Shown here: one piece after another, positions 9,525 to 18,680 of the stretch | Position numbering within the stretch: position 1 is the first letter of the stretch | Layout of the letters: each line of letters starts with the position of its first letter | Origin: Candidatus Adlerbacteria bacterium | Lineage (GTDB): Bacteria > Patescibacteriota > Minisyncoccia > Phycocordibacterales > SBAW01 | Assembly (NCBI GenBank): GCA_003135635.1 | Contig: PLCJ01000003.1 | Span: 53,087 to 117,086, forward strand | Length of the DNA stretch: 64,000 bases | Direction of reading: 5' to 3' | Made by a program: the position numbers and the translations under genes | The notes under the pieces: generated by a model | Database searches by the model: none | What the model was told of the DNA's origin: nothing | What the model saw: only the letters and a program-made list of their open reading frames with translations

Positions 9525-11231
9525 TTATCGATCAGGCGGCACATTATAGTAGTTGATAAGAAACTGAACAAGACTGTGGAAATATGTCCCCCATGTTTCT
9601 GAGGAATACGGCGCGCCGACCGGTTCATATCCAAAAAGAAAGATGATAAATTTTGGATTGGAGGCTGGGAAGTAGCCAAAATAACTGTGCACATAGGTGT
9701 CGGGATAGTACTGGCCCGTCGCCGGATTGGCAATTTGTGCTGTTCCCGTCTTGGCAGAGACGCTGTAATTGGGAAAACTTATCCCCTTGGCAAACCCCAC
9801 ATCAACCACCGTCACGAGCATCTGGGTCACGGTGGCAGCCGTTTGAGGCTTTAGCACCGGACCTGTCTTCGGCCAATTAAGCGTTGTAGTAATGCCGGTG
9901 TCGTAATTAATGGCACGCACGAGATGCGGCGTCACGAGATAGCCGCCATTTGCAAGTACAGCAAGCGCGCGGATCATGGTGATGGGGCTCACCGCAATGC
10001 CTTGCCCGAATGCTGCAGTATCATAATCAACCTGTTGGAGGGTATGGAGGTTAGCGACCAGACCTGCTTGTTCGTTTGGTAAATCAATGCCAGTTATTCC
10101 TCCCAGATTATAATGGTTCAAAAAATAATCGCGCATCGTCGTGGTACCCATTTGCGTTGCAATAAATGACGCACCAACGTTGAGCGATTGGCTTAAAACT
10201 TGCTGCATGGGAATAACGCCACGTGCCTTGAGGTCATAGTTGCAAATCCTGGCCGTATTGACGGTGATGCAGCCGGTGTCGTTGTAGGTGGTCGTTGCAG
10301 TAATCGCGCCAGAATCGATGCCCGCGGCCATGGTGAGCGGTTTCATAATCGAGCCCATTTCATAGATATTGTTTACCATGGCATTGCCATATATGGCGGG
10401 ATCTGTTTGAGCGCCAAAATCCTTGAGATCAAAGGTTGGTGATACCGCCATTGCATAAATTTCCCCGTTTTGTGGATTCATGATGATGCCACCGGCGAGT
10501 TTCGGATGCCACTGTGCGTCATACAGCACCAAATCGCGCTCTAATTCTTGCTGGACTGAGGGCTCTATTGTGGTAGTAAGATTGCCTGTTTGGGAGTTGC
10601 CTTGAAGTGTAGATTTTACTCCTCCAAATAGTTGTACAAAAAAGTTTGTGTACAGATCTTGGCTATTTCGCGTGAGTGTCATGTTGTATTTCTTCTCAAG
10701 TCCGTATTGGCCCTCTACTAGGTTGCCACTATAGGCAACAAAACCAATTTCTTGCGCCGCAAGGGAGCCACCAGGATAATATCGCCAGCGGTCCTCAGAG
10801 ATAATAACCCCGGGAAGGTTTGCCGCTTCAAGCGTCTGTCCTTCGCTGGTTGGCAAGTGACCTGCCATGAGAACGTACTGTACCCCCGATTGTTTTGCTT
10901 TCGCGATAAAAGTATTGTGATCAATGGGTACGATAGGATTAATTTGATTATAGAGCGCTTCGGGATCAGTGATTTTGGTTGGATTAAGCGCAAGGGAAAA
11001 ACCTTCTTCAAGCGTTGCGGCAAGAATCTGTGTGTTATTTTTATCGGTAAAATAAATTGATGCGCGATCAATAAGCGGACTCTGCGGCAAAATAAATTGC
11101 GCATTCGCCCGTGCAAAGTACTGACTGCCTTGTATTATTTGAAGTATATATAGCCGTCCCACAATGAGAGCGGTAATACCTATAAAGGCAACGGCTAGCC
11201 ACCTGGTACGAAGCACAAACCTTTTATTCAT
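9525..11231 (-). CDS. ftsI: Penicillin-binding protein (FtsI-type transpeptidase)
   Basis: N-terminal TM, dimerisation domain, SxxK (GSIMKP), SxN, KTGTAQ motifs. dcw context. Confidence 0.85.
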   Translation of the reverse strand: MNKRFVLRTRWLAVAFIGITALIVGRLYILQIIQGSQYFARANAQFILPQSPLIDRASIYFTDKNNTQILAATLEEGFSLALNPTKITDPEALYNQINPIVPIDHNTFIAKAKQSGVQYVLMAGHLPTSEGQTLEAANLPGVIISEDRWRYYPGGSLAAQEIGFVAYSGNLVEGQYGLEKKYNMTLTRNSQDLYTNFFVQLFGGVKSTLQGNSQTGNLTTTIEPSVQQELERDLVLYDAQWHPKLAGGIIMNPQNGEIYAMAVSPTFDLKDFGAQTDPAIYGNAMVNNIYEMGSIMKPLTMAAGIDSGAITATTTYNDTGCITVNTARICNYDLKARGVIPMQQVLSQSLNVGASFIATQMGTTTMRDYFLNHYNLGGITGIDLPNEQAGLVANLHTLQQVDYDTAAFGQGIAVSPITMIRALAVLANGGYLVTPHLVRAINYDTGITTTLNWPKTGPVLKPQTAATVTQMLVTVVDVGFAKGISFPNYSVSAKTGTAQIANPATGQYYPDTYVHSYFGYFPASNPKFIIFLFGYEPVGAPYSSETWGTYFHSLVQFLINYYNVPPDR

Positions 11232-11232
11232 A

Positions 11233-11550
11233 CTATTCCCCTATTCTAAGTGATAGAGGGTTTATGTCAGTACTTGCTACGGTTGAAATTACCGTGGGAG
11301 TTACCATTCCTAACTGAGCGGCTGTACTGGGAGTTATGCTTTCTGTTTTTTGAAGATATTGCGCTTCAAGTGTGCCAACTTGCGTCGCGAGGCTCCCAAT
11401 ATGCGCCTGGGCACTTTGGCGTGCTGCTGCATGCATTACGGTCATCAAAAGAAGCACCGCATACACAAAAGCGGCAAAAACACTCACGATTGCAAGGCTC
11501 ACGGACGCACGAGTGAGATATGATGATGCAACAAAGGTGATAGCTTTCAT
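11233..11550 (-). CDS. FtsL-like small membrane/coiled-coil cell-division protein
   Basis: Single TM plus coiled coil, located between rsmH and ftsI. Confidence 0.45.
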   Translation of the reverse strand: MKAITFVASSYLTRASVSLAIVSVFAAFVYAVLLLMTVMHAAARQSAQAHIGSLATQVGTLEAQYLQKTESITPSTAAQLGMVTPTVISTVASTDINPLSLRIGE

Positions 11551-12524
11551 ATTTTTTCAATAACACGCATCTTTGCGCTGCGTGCCGAGGGATTAGCTTC
11601 TAATTCTTCTTTTGCGGGCACGAGCGGCTTTTTTGCAATGCGTTTACCGCCCTGCATAGAAAATGTTTGAAAAAGTTTTTTAACAGCACGGTCTTCGACG
11701 CTGTGAAAAGTAATAACAGCGATGCGTCCACCTGGGTGCATATGCTTCCACGCGCTTTGCAGTCCCCGATTCAGTACTCCCATTTCATCATTGACTGCAA
11801 TGCGCAATGCTTGAAACGTGCGTGTCGCGGGATGGATGCGACCACGACGATAGGCCGGTGGTACTGCACCCACAATTACTTCGACAAGTTGGTTTGTGAG
11901 CACAAAAGGTTCTTTTGTTCGAGTTTCAACTATTTTTTTTGCAATGCGTCGTGCGTAGCGCTCTTCTCCATATCCAAAAAACACATCGGCAAGAGTTTTT
12001 TCGCTCCACATATTGAGCGCTTCGGCGACAGTAAAACCTGAGGCTGGGTGGCGCCCATAACTCATATTGAGTGGTTCATCGCGCAGAAAGGAAAAACCAC
12101 GACCAGAAAAAAGCTGCCCGCGGTTCCATCCAAGATCAAACAATGCCTTATCAATCGTCGACTCATTAAGTTTTTTAAGAACTGCACTTAAGTCCCCGAA
12201 GTTCGCTTCAACAACTCTCACTCGATCTCCAAAGCGAGAAAGCCGTTTGCGAGTATCCCTCACCGCCTGGGGATCCGCATCAAGAGCAATAAGGGACACG
12301 GGCGCCGCTTTGAGTATTCGTTCACTGTGACCGCCTTGCCCAGCAGTTGCATCGAGTACGAGATCTCCTTTTTTAAGAGCAAGAAGAGCAACTGCCTCGA
12401 AGGGAAAGACTGTTTGATGGGAAGATTCTATGAGTCGCTGCTCTGGCTTCTGCTCATGCGCAACAGCATCCTCCTCTCGAAAGAGACGTCGCCCCGCACG
12501 AACAGAAGTCAAAGTAATACTCAT
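11547..12524 (-). CDS. rsmH: 16S rRNA m4C1402 methyltransferase RsmH (MraW)
   Basis: GQGGHSE SAM-binding motif and RsmH-length body. Start set at internal ATG 12522-12524 so the gene abuts mraZ instead of overlapping it by 130 nt. Confidence 0.9.
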   Translation of the reverse strand: MSITLTSVRAGRRLFREEDAVAHEQKPEQRLIESSHQTVFPFEAVALLALKKGDLVLDATAGQGGHSERILKAAPVSLIALDADPQAVRDTRKRLSRFGDRVRVVEANFGDLSAVLKKLNESTIDKALFDLGWNRGQLFSGRGFSFLRDEPLNMSYGRHPASGFTVAEALNMWSEKTLADVFFGYGEERYARRIAKKIVETRTKEPFVLTNQLVEVIVGAVPPAYRRGRIHPATRTFQALRIAVNDEMGVLNRGLQSAWKHMHPGGRIAVITFHSVEDRAVKKLFQTFSMQGGKRIAKKPLVPAKEELEANPSARSAKMRVIEKI

Positions 12525-12528
12525 GTCG

Positions 12529-12984
12529 CTATAAAATTCCGAGCTCACCAAGCTTTTGTGCCATTTGATCGGCACTGTGTTCCATGCGTCGCTTATATGC
12601 TTCCCATGCTTTTTCATTCCAGAGTTCAATACGGTCAGAAAGGCCAGCAAGTACAACGCGAGATTTAAGTTGAGCGAAATCTTTCAAAAAATCAGGAATG
12701 AGAATACGACCTGCACTATCAAGCTCTGTCTCAACAGCTCCAGCAAGCAAGAAACGACTCATACCTCGTGTGTCCGCTTGCCCAACGGGAAGTAAGGCAA
12801 GTTTTTGTGCAATGGTGCTCCATGCTTTCTCAGAAAACACAAAGAGACAAGTATCAAGACCACGTGTAACTACTATTTTCTTTCCTACTTCCTTGCGAAA
12901 TTTTGCAGGAAGCGAGAGACGTTTCTTTTCGTCAAGCGTGTGTCGATATTCACCAATGAGCATGCCAATTTGGTGGAATCCCAC
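12529..12984 (-). CDS. mraZ: Transcriptional regulator MraZ
   Basis: Duplicated MraZ/SpoVT-AbrB fold (DEKKRLSLPAKFR...). First gene of the dcw cluster. Confidence 0.85.
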   Translation of the reverse strand: MGFHQIGMLIGEYRHTLDEKKRLSLPAKFRKEVGKKIVVTRGLDTCLFVFSEKAWSTIAQKLALLPVGQADTRGMSRFLLAGAVETELDSAGRILIPDFLKDFAQLKSRVVLAGLSDRIELWNEKAWEAYKRRMEHSADQMAQKLGELGIL

Positions 12985-13109
12985 TTAATCCCACTGACCT
13001 GTTATTCTACTGCACTTTATCCCACCAATAGGCATATGTTATCCACACGTGCGAAATTGTCCCTCGGCGACAGATAGGCACTCCCCCACTCCAAAGTCGG
13101 ATTAAAAAC

Positions 13110-13195
13110 CCGTCTGCCAGCAAACCGCTTGGAGGACGATTTTGCCTTATTTATTCAATCAACTCTTCTATCTCCTCTAGTGAAAAAAGTCAACT
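13110..13195 (+). repeat. Composite island element, copy A (type I hairpin with GGAGGA loop, then degenerate core)
   Basis: cagcaaaccgcttGGAGGAcgattttgcc hairpin followed by a T-rich run and caatcaactcttctatctcctctagtgaaaaaag. Confidence 0.5.
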
Positions 13196-13544
13196 TTTTT
13201 GATATAGTGCACATGCCCGAGACATCTCCCGGGTAGAGTGTTGGCCCTACCTACAAATAGAAAAGATACGGCGTTTCGGGCAGCGGGCATGAAACAGCCA
13301 TTCTTTTCACCAACCGGAGCATCGTGCCCCGTAATGTATTGTGGCATGTTAAGGGGAATTCTTGAGTGCTTTTCTCCCAAGATGCTATGAACAAGCAACA
13401 CGAGGACAGGGCAGACCAACTGCTCCCCACCACGTCGAAAGGCTTGGTGGGTTTTACTTTTTATATCTTCAAACGGATTTGAACATCGTCTGCAAGGGAG
13501 AAAAAAACAACACAAAATTCCTTTATAAGGTAGAATCCGTAGTG

Positions 13545-14150
13545 ATGAAAAAGGACAACACGGGATCCGTTATTGAGTTTTATAAAGTACTAAATATATT
13601 TCAGCATGTGGTACGTGTGCCACATGTCCCCGGAGAAAACCGACGTGAAAACGATGTTGAACACAGTTATTTTTTAGCAATGATGGCATGGTATATGATC
13701 GATATCCTCAAACTCAATCTGGATATGAGTAGGGTTTTGCGATACGCACTAATACATGATTTGGTAGAGGTGTATGCAGGAGACACATATGTGTTTTCAA
13801 AAAATAAAGAGCTTCTTGAGACAAAACATAAGCGTGAGGGTGAAGCACAGAAGAGACTCAAATCTGAGTTTCCAGAAATTGAAAGCATGCACGAATGTAT
13901 CGAGCAGTATGAACGACGAAGTGATTCAGAAAGTGTATTTATTCATGCCCTTGATAAACTTATGCCGGTTCTTAACCAATATATTCAAGATGGTCGTACA
14001 TGGAAATCTGAAAAAATCTCCTTCTCAGATATTGTGACATTGAAACGCCGCACAGTTGCAGCTTCTCCAGAAATAAAAAACTTATTAGAACAATTAATCC
14101 AGCTAATAGAAAAAGATAGGAAACGCTTCTTCGGTGAATTAATAGATTAA
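13545..14150 (+). CDS. HD-domain phosphohydrolase (YfbR-like 5'-deoxynucleotidase family)
   Basis: H...HD...D metal-binding pattern (EHSYFLAMMAW, IHDLVEVYAGD). Start trimmed to MKKDNTG. Confidence 0.75.
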   Translation: MKKDNTGSVIEFYKVLNIFQHVVRVPHVPGENRRENDVEHSYFLAMMAWYMIDILKLNLDMSRVLRYALIHDLVEVYAGDTYVFSKNKELLETKHKREGEAQKRLKSEFPEIESMHECIEQYERRSDSESVFIHALDKLMPVLNQYIQDGRTWKSEKISFSDIVTLKRRTVAASPEIKNLLEQLIQLIEKDRKRFFGELID

Positions 14151-14299
14151 GAATAGACAAGTTTGAAAATCATCCCATTGGGAGAGCTGGAAAGAATTAT
14201 TTAAGAAGATTTTGAGATACTTGACATAATGCAATTGAGATGGAAATATCATCGCATTGTTCACTGACTGAAGTGAATGTTCTTTGAGGAAACAAAATT

Positions 14300-14710
14300 A
14301 TGCGCAAGGTCCTAGTTGCCTTGATCGTCGCTTTGGTATGCGGAAGCACCGCACAAGCGCGATCTAATTCCATCGCCATATCCCCGAATATGAAATCGCC
14401 GTGCGTTGGTACACCCATGATAGCTCAGCAACCTGCACCGGCGCCCCGCTACCTTGTGTGTGGCGTAACAACGTACTTGGTGGACGAGCGGGATAACGTG
14501 ATCTCCAACGCCTGGTATGACAAATTTCAACGGTTGCAGAACGGCAGCTGGGTTGGGAAACAAGGTGCCCTGTTCTATCTCTTAAGAAACGGCCAACCCA
14601 TTTCATATGGGTACCACAGAATCGTTCCAATAAAGAACGGCTACCGTACCGAGTTGGGAGCATTTCGCTTCATCCTCAACACGAACGGTCAGGTTGTTCC
14701 ACAACATTAG
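14300..14710 (+). CDS. hypothetical secreted protein
   Basis: Signal peptide MRKVLVALIVALVCGSTAQA. RBS gaggaaa. Confidence 0.6.
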   Translation: MRKVLVALIVALVCGSTAQARSNSIAISPNMKSPCVGTPMIAQQPAPAPRYLVCGVTTYLVDERDNVISNAWYDKFQRLQNGSWVGKQGALFYLLRNGQPISYGYHRIVPIKNGYRTELGAFRFILNTNGQVVPQH

Positions 14711-14716
14711 AGTTGG

Positions 14717-14831
14717 CTCCGCGCCGACAGGAAGCTCTGTATTGACTTTCTGTAGTGCGGAGTTTTCTTTTTATACCCTCACTCCCCTATTTACATAAGT
14801 TCCAACATCCTCTAAGGCACGGAGCAAAAAT
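14717..14831 (+). repeat. Composite island element, copy B (type III hairpin CTCCGC..GCGGAG, T-run, ATACCCTCAC, core)
   Basis: gtgcggagttttctttttataccctcac...gttccaacatcctctaaggcacggagcaaaaat. Confidence 0.8.
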
Positions 14832-14895
14832 ATACCCAGGGATACTCTTTACAAACAACCAAACTTATGCTTTACTTCGGTCAGGAGGGAGTGCT

Positions 14896-15177
14896 ATGCT
14901 CCATTTCATTGCACAGACCTGGTGGGTGTGGTTGTTGTTCACAGTAAGCGCCACCTTCTACGTCGTCTATTACGTGTTGCACGCAATACGCGGTAGCATA
15001 CAAGCAGCAAGAGGATACAAAAAGTTCAAACTTAATGACCCTTCCAACATCTGGAAGATAGACGGTTTCTTAACACTCATCGCGGGTATAAAGATACTGT
15101 TTGTCTGCCTGTGGGTCATACCCATAGCGGGACTTATGCTTGTTCTTTCAACACTCCTCGTCATATTTCGCTACTGA
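14896..15177 (+). CDS. hypothetical membrane protein (2-3 TM)
   Basis: Start at ATG preceded by GGAGGGAG. Hydrophobic helices. The longer ORF upstream reads through element copy B. Confidence 0.55.
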   Translation: MLHFIAQTWWVWLLFTVSATFYVVYYVLHAIRGSIQAARGYKKFKLNDPSNIWKIDGFLTLIAGIKILFVCLWVIPIAGLMLVLSTLLVIFRY

Positions 15178-15285
15178 GCCGCCTTTCGAAAGATTGGCGG
15201 TTCTCTCGTCAGTACAGTAAAAGCGAAGCAGCAGCGTGGCTCAAAAGTCACTACCACAACTAGCTCAAGCCATCACTTGCCATTC

Positions 15286-15366
15286 ACCAGCAAGCCGCCT
15301 GGAGGACGGTTTTGTTTTTTTATACACTTAACCAGGTTCTAACATCCTCCACGAGGGTAAGCGGAT
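15286..15366 (+). repeat. Composite island element, copy C (type I hairpin, T-run, ATACAC, core)
   Basis: accagcaagccgcctGGAGGAcggttttgtttttttatacacttaaccaGGTTCTAACATCCTCCAcgagggtaagcgg. Confidence 0.85.
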
Positions 15367-15474
15367 TTTACTAATAAATTGGGAACCGTATACCCTCTAG
15401 TTACCTTTCATTCTCTGGTATATACTCGCGTCAGAAGATTTCGCGTCGCTGGCACTGCCAGAGAGGAGGAGGTC

Positions 15475-15855
15475 TTGCTGCGAATCGTAGTAATACTTAG
15501 TTCAAGTGTTCTTTTCGTGTTTCTCACCATCGAAATTGCCGTCGCGCAAGGTGCTGGTGCTACCATCCGGCATGGAGAATCAGTTATCGTGTGGAACCGC
15601 TACATTGGTAACGACTCTGGACGTTTATGCCGCATAAAACGGGGAGCAATGCTTACAGTCATTGGAGTACGTGATAGCGGAATAGGCGAAAGCGGGAAAA
15701 AAGAAAAACTGCTGGTAGTTCGCTACGACACTGAAGAGGGCGTGACGTATGTTAACGCTAAGCACGAGTGTACCAACCATGTCGTGCTTTTGAAGACACG
15801 TCAGGAGTACAATTCCCTTGTCTCCAACAAACCATTTCATGGTAATAAGCATTGA
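15475..15855 (+). CDS. hypothetical secreted protein
   Basis: TTG start after gaggaggagg. Signal peptide LLRIVVILSSSVLFVFLTIEIAVAQG. Confidence 0.5.
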   Translation: MLRIVVILSSSVLFVFLTIEIAVAQGAGATIRHGESVIVWNRYIGNDSGRLCRIKRGAMLTVIGVRDSGIGESGKKEKLLVVRYDTEEGVTYVNAKHECTNHVVLLKTRQEYNSLVSNKPFHGNKH

Positions 15856-15950
15856 AGAGTCTGTCTGCAACAGGCTCTTCTTTTTTATACAATCACCAGC
15901 ACCTTTATTGGGCAGGTTTAAAAGTCATCTACAGTAGAGCAATTAAAAAC
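15854..15950 (+). repeat. Composite island element, copy R (terminator, T-run, ATACAATCACC, degenerate core)
   Basis: gaagagtctgtctgcaacaggctcttcttttttatacaatcacc...ggcaggtttaaaagtcatctacagtagagcaattaaaaac. Confidence 0.5.
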
Positions 15951-16218
15951 GGGATGCCAAAGCAATTTGCAATGGCAGCCCGTTTCTTGTTCAGGTATCT
16001 AGGGTATGTGTTGTAGAGAGGTAACTGTTTACAAACCACCTCCTTCGATCACAAAACGATTACACTTTCGAGTCTAGTTGAATTGTAACAAGAAAAGACG
16101 AAAAAGCAAGATATCGTGTTGGTAACTGTTTAATCTATAATCTAGCGGGGCCCATTTTCATGTTTTGACTCGTATGATATAGGATGTTATCTTTTAACCA
16201 GAACCTCGCGCGAAGGGG

Positions 16219-16455
16219 GTGAACATAGTGCGACAACTATCAGAGGGCTATATCTTTATAGATTACGAAACAGACGCTAAAGGAAGAAATATCGCTGCAA
16301 TATTCAAATCTAATACTACGTCTGGATCTGAACCTGTGGAGACTCATCGCTGGGGTAGGCCGTTCTGCGAGCAGCGCTTAAGCGCCCTCAAAAGCGGGAA
16401 GTTGCCCTCTGAGCACATGCAGCGTGCCTTAGACGGCTGGGACAGCAAGCCCTAG
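16219..16455 (+). CDS. hypothetical small protein
   Basis: GTG start after aagggggtg. 78 aa. Followed by an element hairpin. Confidence 0.4.
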   Translation: MNIVRQLSEGYIFIDYETDAKGRNIAAIFKSNTTSGSEPVETHRWGRPFCEQRLSALKSGKLPSEHMQRALDGWDSKP

Positions 16456-16461
16456 CGATAT

Positions 16462-16556
16462 CCGCCCACCGGAAGACTGACCCATCAGTCCATGGTGTGG
16501 CGGTCTTCTTTTTATTCAACCAGCTTTCACTATCAAATAGGTTTAAATCTTGTCTA
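16462..16556 (+). repeat. Composite island element, copy S (type II hairpin CCGCCC..GGCGGTCTTCTTTTTATT, degenerate core)
   Basis: The 18-mer GGCGGTCTTCTTTTTATT is shared with copy N. ataggtttaaatcttgtc resembles the core. Confidence 0.5.
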
Positions 16557-16573
16557 TAATGGTTTGCGAAGGC

Positions 16574-18166
16574 TTACTTGCTCACTTCCTGGAGTCGTTT
16601 TAATACAAACTCCTTATCCAGCACTGAAAGAAACCACCCAGCCTTAGGACCATACGATTTACCGAGAAATGAAAGGTATAAGGCACTAAAAAAATCAGCG
16701 GGGGCAATGTGTTCTTTTTCCTTTATTTCGTGTAATGTGTGGTGCAATGTTTCTCCATTGGGCATCTCTGATTGTTCCTGCAGATATTCCCGCAGGAGCG
16801 CAAGAGTATGTTTTTGAGCCATAGTGAGTGAAGCAACGGCGGCAGGTAGCGTATGCTGTAATTTGAATACAAATTTGTCTGGCGCATAAAGTTCAAGCCA
16901 TGTCCGGGCATATACTGCACGCTCGGAAAGCTCTATTTTATCTGCTTGTGAAAGTGGAGAGCCTTTTAAATGCGCAACCTCAGTCTCTAAATCCAAATGT
17001 GGCATCTGTACAAGAAACGCTACTTGGGAGAACCGCGCCAGATATTCCGGTACAACAAGATTTGATCTTTCTTTGGCAGGATGCGCAAATAGAAATAAAC
17101 GAGTAAAATCGTCCTGCACGCCCTCCTTATAGTTGAGTGCTAATTTGTCGTACAGATCATACAGCACTGGAATAGTATCTCCTTCCGGATCAAAATTGAA
17201 GGCTTGATTAATGTCTTTAAAAATAAGAGCGAGACGAAAGATTTTGGTAGGCAAAAGGTTTGCAATTTCCTGAGCTGAGTTCCCGCGCCCTTTTGAGGAG
17301 GACATTTTTCTGCCTCCGACGAGAAAAAATTCATAGGGAATATCAAACGGGGGTGGATAATGAAATACTTCTTTGGAAATATGGTTTCCCACATCCCGTG
17401 AACCTCCTTTTGTTGAGTGGTCCTTGCCGCCACCCTCAACGTTTACCCGCATAACTTTCCATTTCGCTGGCCATTCCACTTTCCAAGAAAGTTTAGCACC
17501 ACCGGCAAATGGACTCAGACGACCTTCAAATCCGCAGCCTCGAGTCCACGGTAATTTATTTTCTAGACACTGTACTTTGATTGTTTTCCCATCAAAATCA
17601 CTTGCATCCGTCGTTGAAAGTTTGCCACAACGCGGACATAAAGCAGCAAGGGGCAGCCATCCTTCTGGCCGTTGAGCTCCAGAGACTTCCCTATATATCC
17701 GGCGAATCGTTTCTGCCCCTTCAATGGCTTCGACAATAACACTATCCATTTTGCCTGAGAAGTACAATTCACTTCCCCAATAAAATTCAGGTTTCCAGCC
17801 AGCGTTTTCTATCACCCTGCGAAATTCATTTGCAAAGTATTGTGCAAAATTATTTGCAGAGGGGTCTGGGGAAGGAATATTTCGTAGTGGCATTCCCAAG
17901 TATCGTTCAAACTGCTCCCGCTGCAGATAGGGCGGGATATCATCCATAGGGTCAAAATCATTAAACTCGTACAAAAATTTATTCCCTATTTTACGCTCAG
18001 TCAGTGCCTCCGATACTGAGCCATGGATAGCAACCCCCCGCATGGAGCCCACATGTACGGGGCCTGAAGTAGTTTTCTCATCCCGGATGATACATGGCTC
18101 TCCACTAGGTAGAGCATGTGCTCGTTCCTTTTCTATAGCACTGCCAATTCTGTCGGCCCAAAACAT
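16574..18166 (-). CDS. lysK: Lysyl-tRNA synthetase, class I
   Basis: HVGSMRG (HIGH-like) and KMSSSKG (KMSKS). Internal Zn-binding CPRCGK..C..C insertion. About 530 aa, as in class I LysRS. Confidence 0.85.
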   Translation of the reverse strand: MFWADRIGSAIEKERAHALPSGEPCIIRDEKTTSGPVHVGSMRGVAIHGSVSEALTERKIGNKFLYEFNDFDPMDDIPPYLQREQFERYLGMPLRNIPSPDPSANNFAQYFANEFRRVIENAGWKPEFYWGSELYFSGKMDSVIVEAIEGAETIRRIYREVSGAQRPEGWLPLAALCPRCGKLSTTDASDFDGKTIKVQCLENKLPWTRGCGFEGRLSPFAGGAKLSWKVEWPAKWKVMRVNVEGGGKDHSTKGGSRDVGNHISKEVFHYPPPFDIPYEFFLVGGRKMSSSKGRGNSAQEIANLLPTKIFRLALIFKDINQAFNFDPEGDTIPVLYDLYDKLALNYKEGVQDDFTRLFLFAHPAKERSNLVVPEYLARFSQVAFLVQMPHLDLETEVAHLKGSPLSQADKIELSERAVYARTWLELYAPDKFVFKLQHTLPAAVASLTMAQKHTLALLREYLQEQSEMPNGETLHHTLHEIKEKEHIAPADFFSALYLSFLGKSYGPKAGWFLSVLDKEFVLKRLQEVSK

Positions 18167-18175
18167 GGAGTAAGT

Positions 18176-18640
18176 TTACTCCACTTTAAGGATTTTGTAG
18201 CGTTGCGTACCCTTTGGGGTATGGAAGGAAAACTCCTCCCCTGCCTTTTTTCCAAGGAGCGCCCCACCAAGCGGTGAATGATAAGAGATTTTTCCAGAAA
18301 ACATATCTGCTTCTTCTGCGCCCACAATAGTGTAGCTATGTTTTTCAGTTCCCCCGAGCTTTTGCAGCGATGCCACCGAGCCCATGCCGACGGTATCACT
18401 TTTTGTGCTGCGAACAATTTTTGCGTGTTTTAAAATAGTCTCAAGCTTCTGGATACGCTCTTCCACTGCAGCCTGTAATCCTCGCGCCTCCTGATATTCA
18501 GCATTCTCAGAAAGATCTCCGAGTGAACGGGCATATTCAAGCTGCTCTGCAACTTCCTTTCTGCGTGTTGTGTGAAGCTCGTTGAGCTCCTGAGTTAGTT
18601 CCTCGAATTTTTCTTGTGAAATAAACTCCGCAGTAGCCAT
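18176..18640 (-). CDS. greA: Transcription elongation factor GreA
   Basis: Coiled-coil N-domain with GDLSENAEY, FKBP-like C-domain. Confidence 0.9.
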   Translation of the reverse strand: MATAEFISQEKFEELTQELNELHTTRRKEVAEQLEYARSLGDLSENAEYQEARGLQAAVEERIQKLETILKHAKIVRSTKSDTVGMGSVASLQKLGGTEKHSYTIVGAEEADMFSGKISYHSPLGGALLGKKAGEEFSFHTPKGTQRYKILKVE

Positions 18641-18680
18641 TGAGAAGAAAGTGTAACGAATTCAAAACGAATGTCAACCT

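Noticed and set aside
12985-13110. Origin-like or DnaA-box region upstream of mraZ.
   Set aside because: No clustered TTATCCACA-like boxes. Only a single ttatccaca-like string at about 13035. Insufficient.
15335-15364. Core motif as a sigma70 or sigma54 promoter.
   Set aside because: No good -35/-10 pair at fixed spacing inside the core. No TGGCAC-N5-TTGC. Several copies sit at the 3' ends of minus-strand genes with no downstream + gene. A plain promoter explanation is insufficient, although promoters often follow 20-40 nt downstream.
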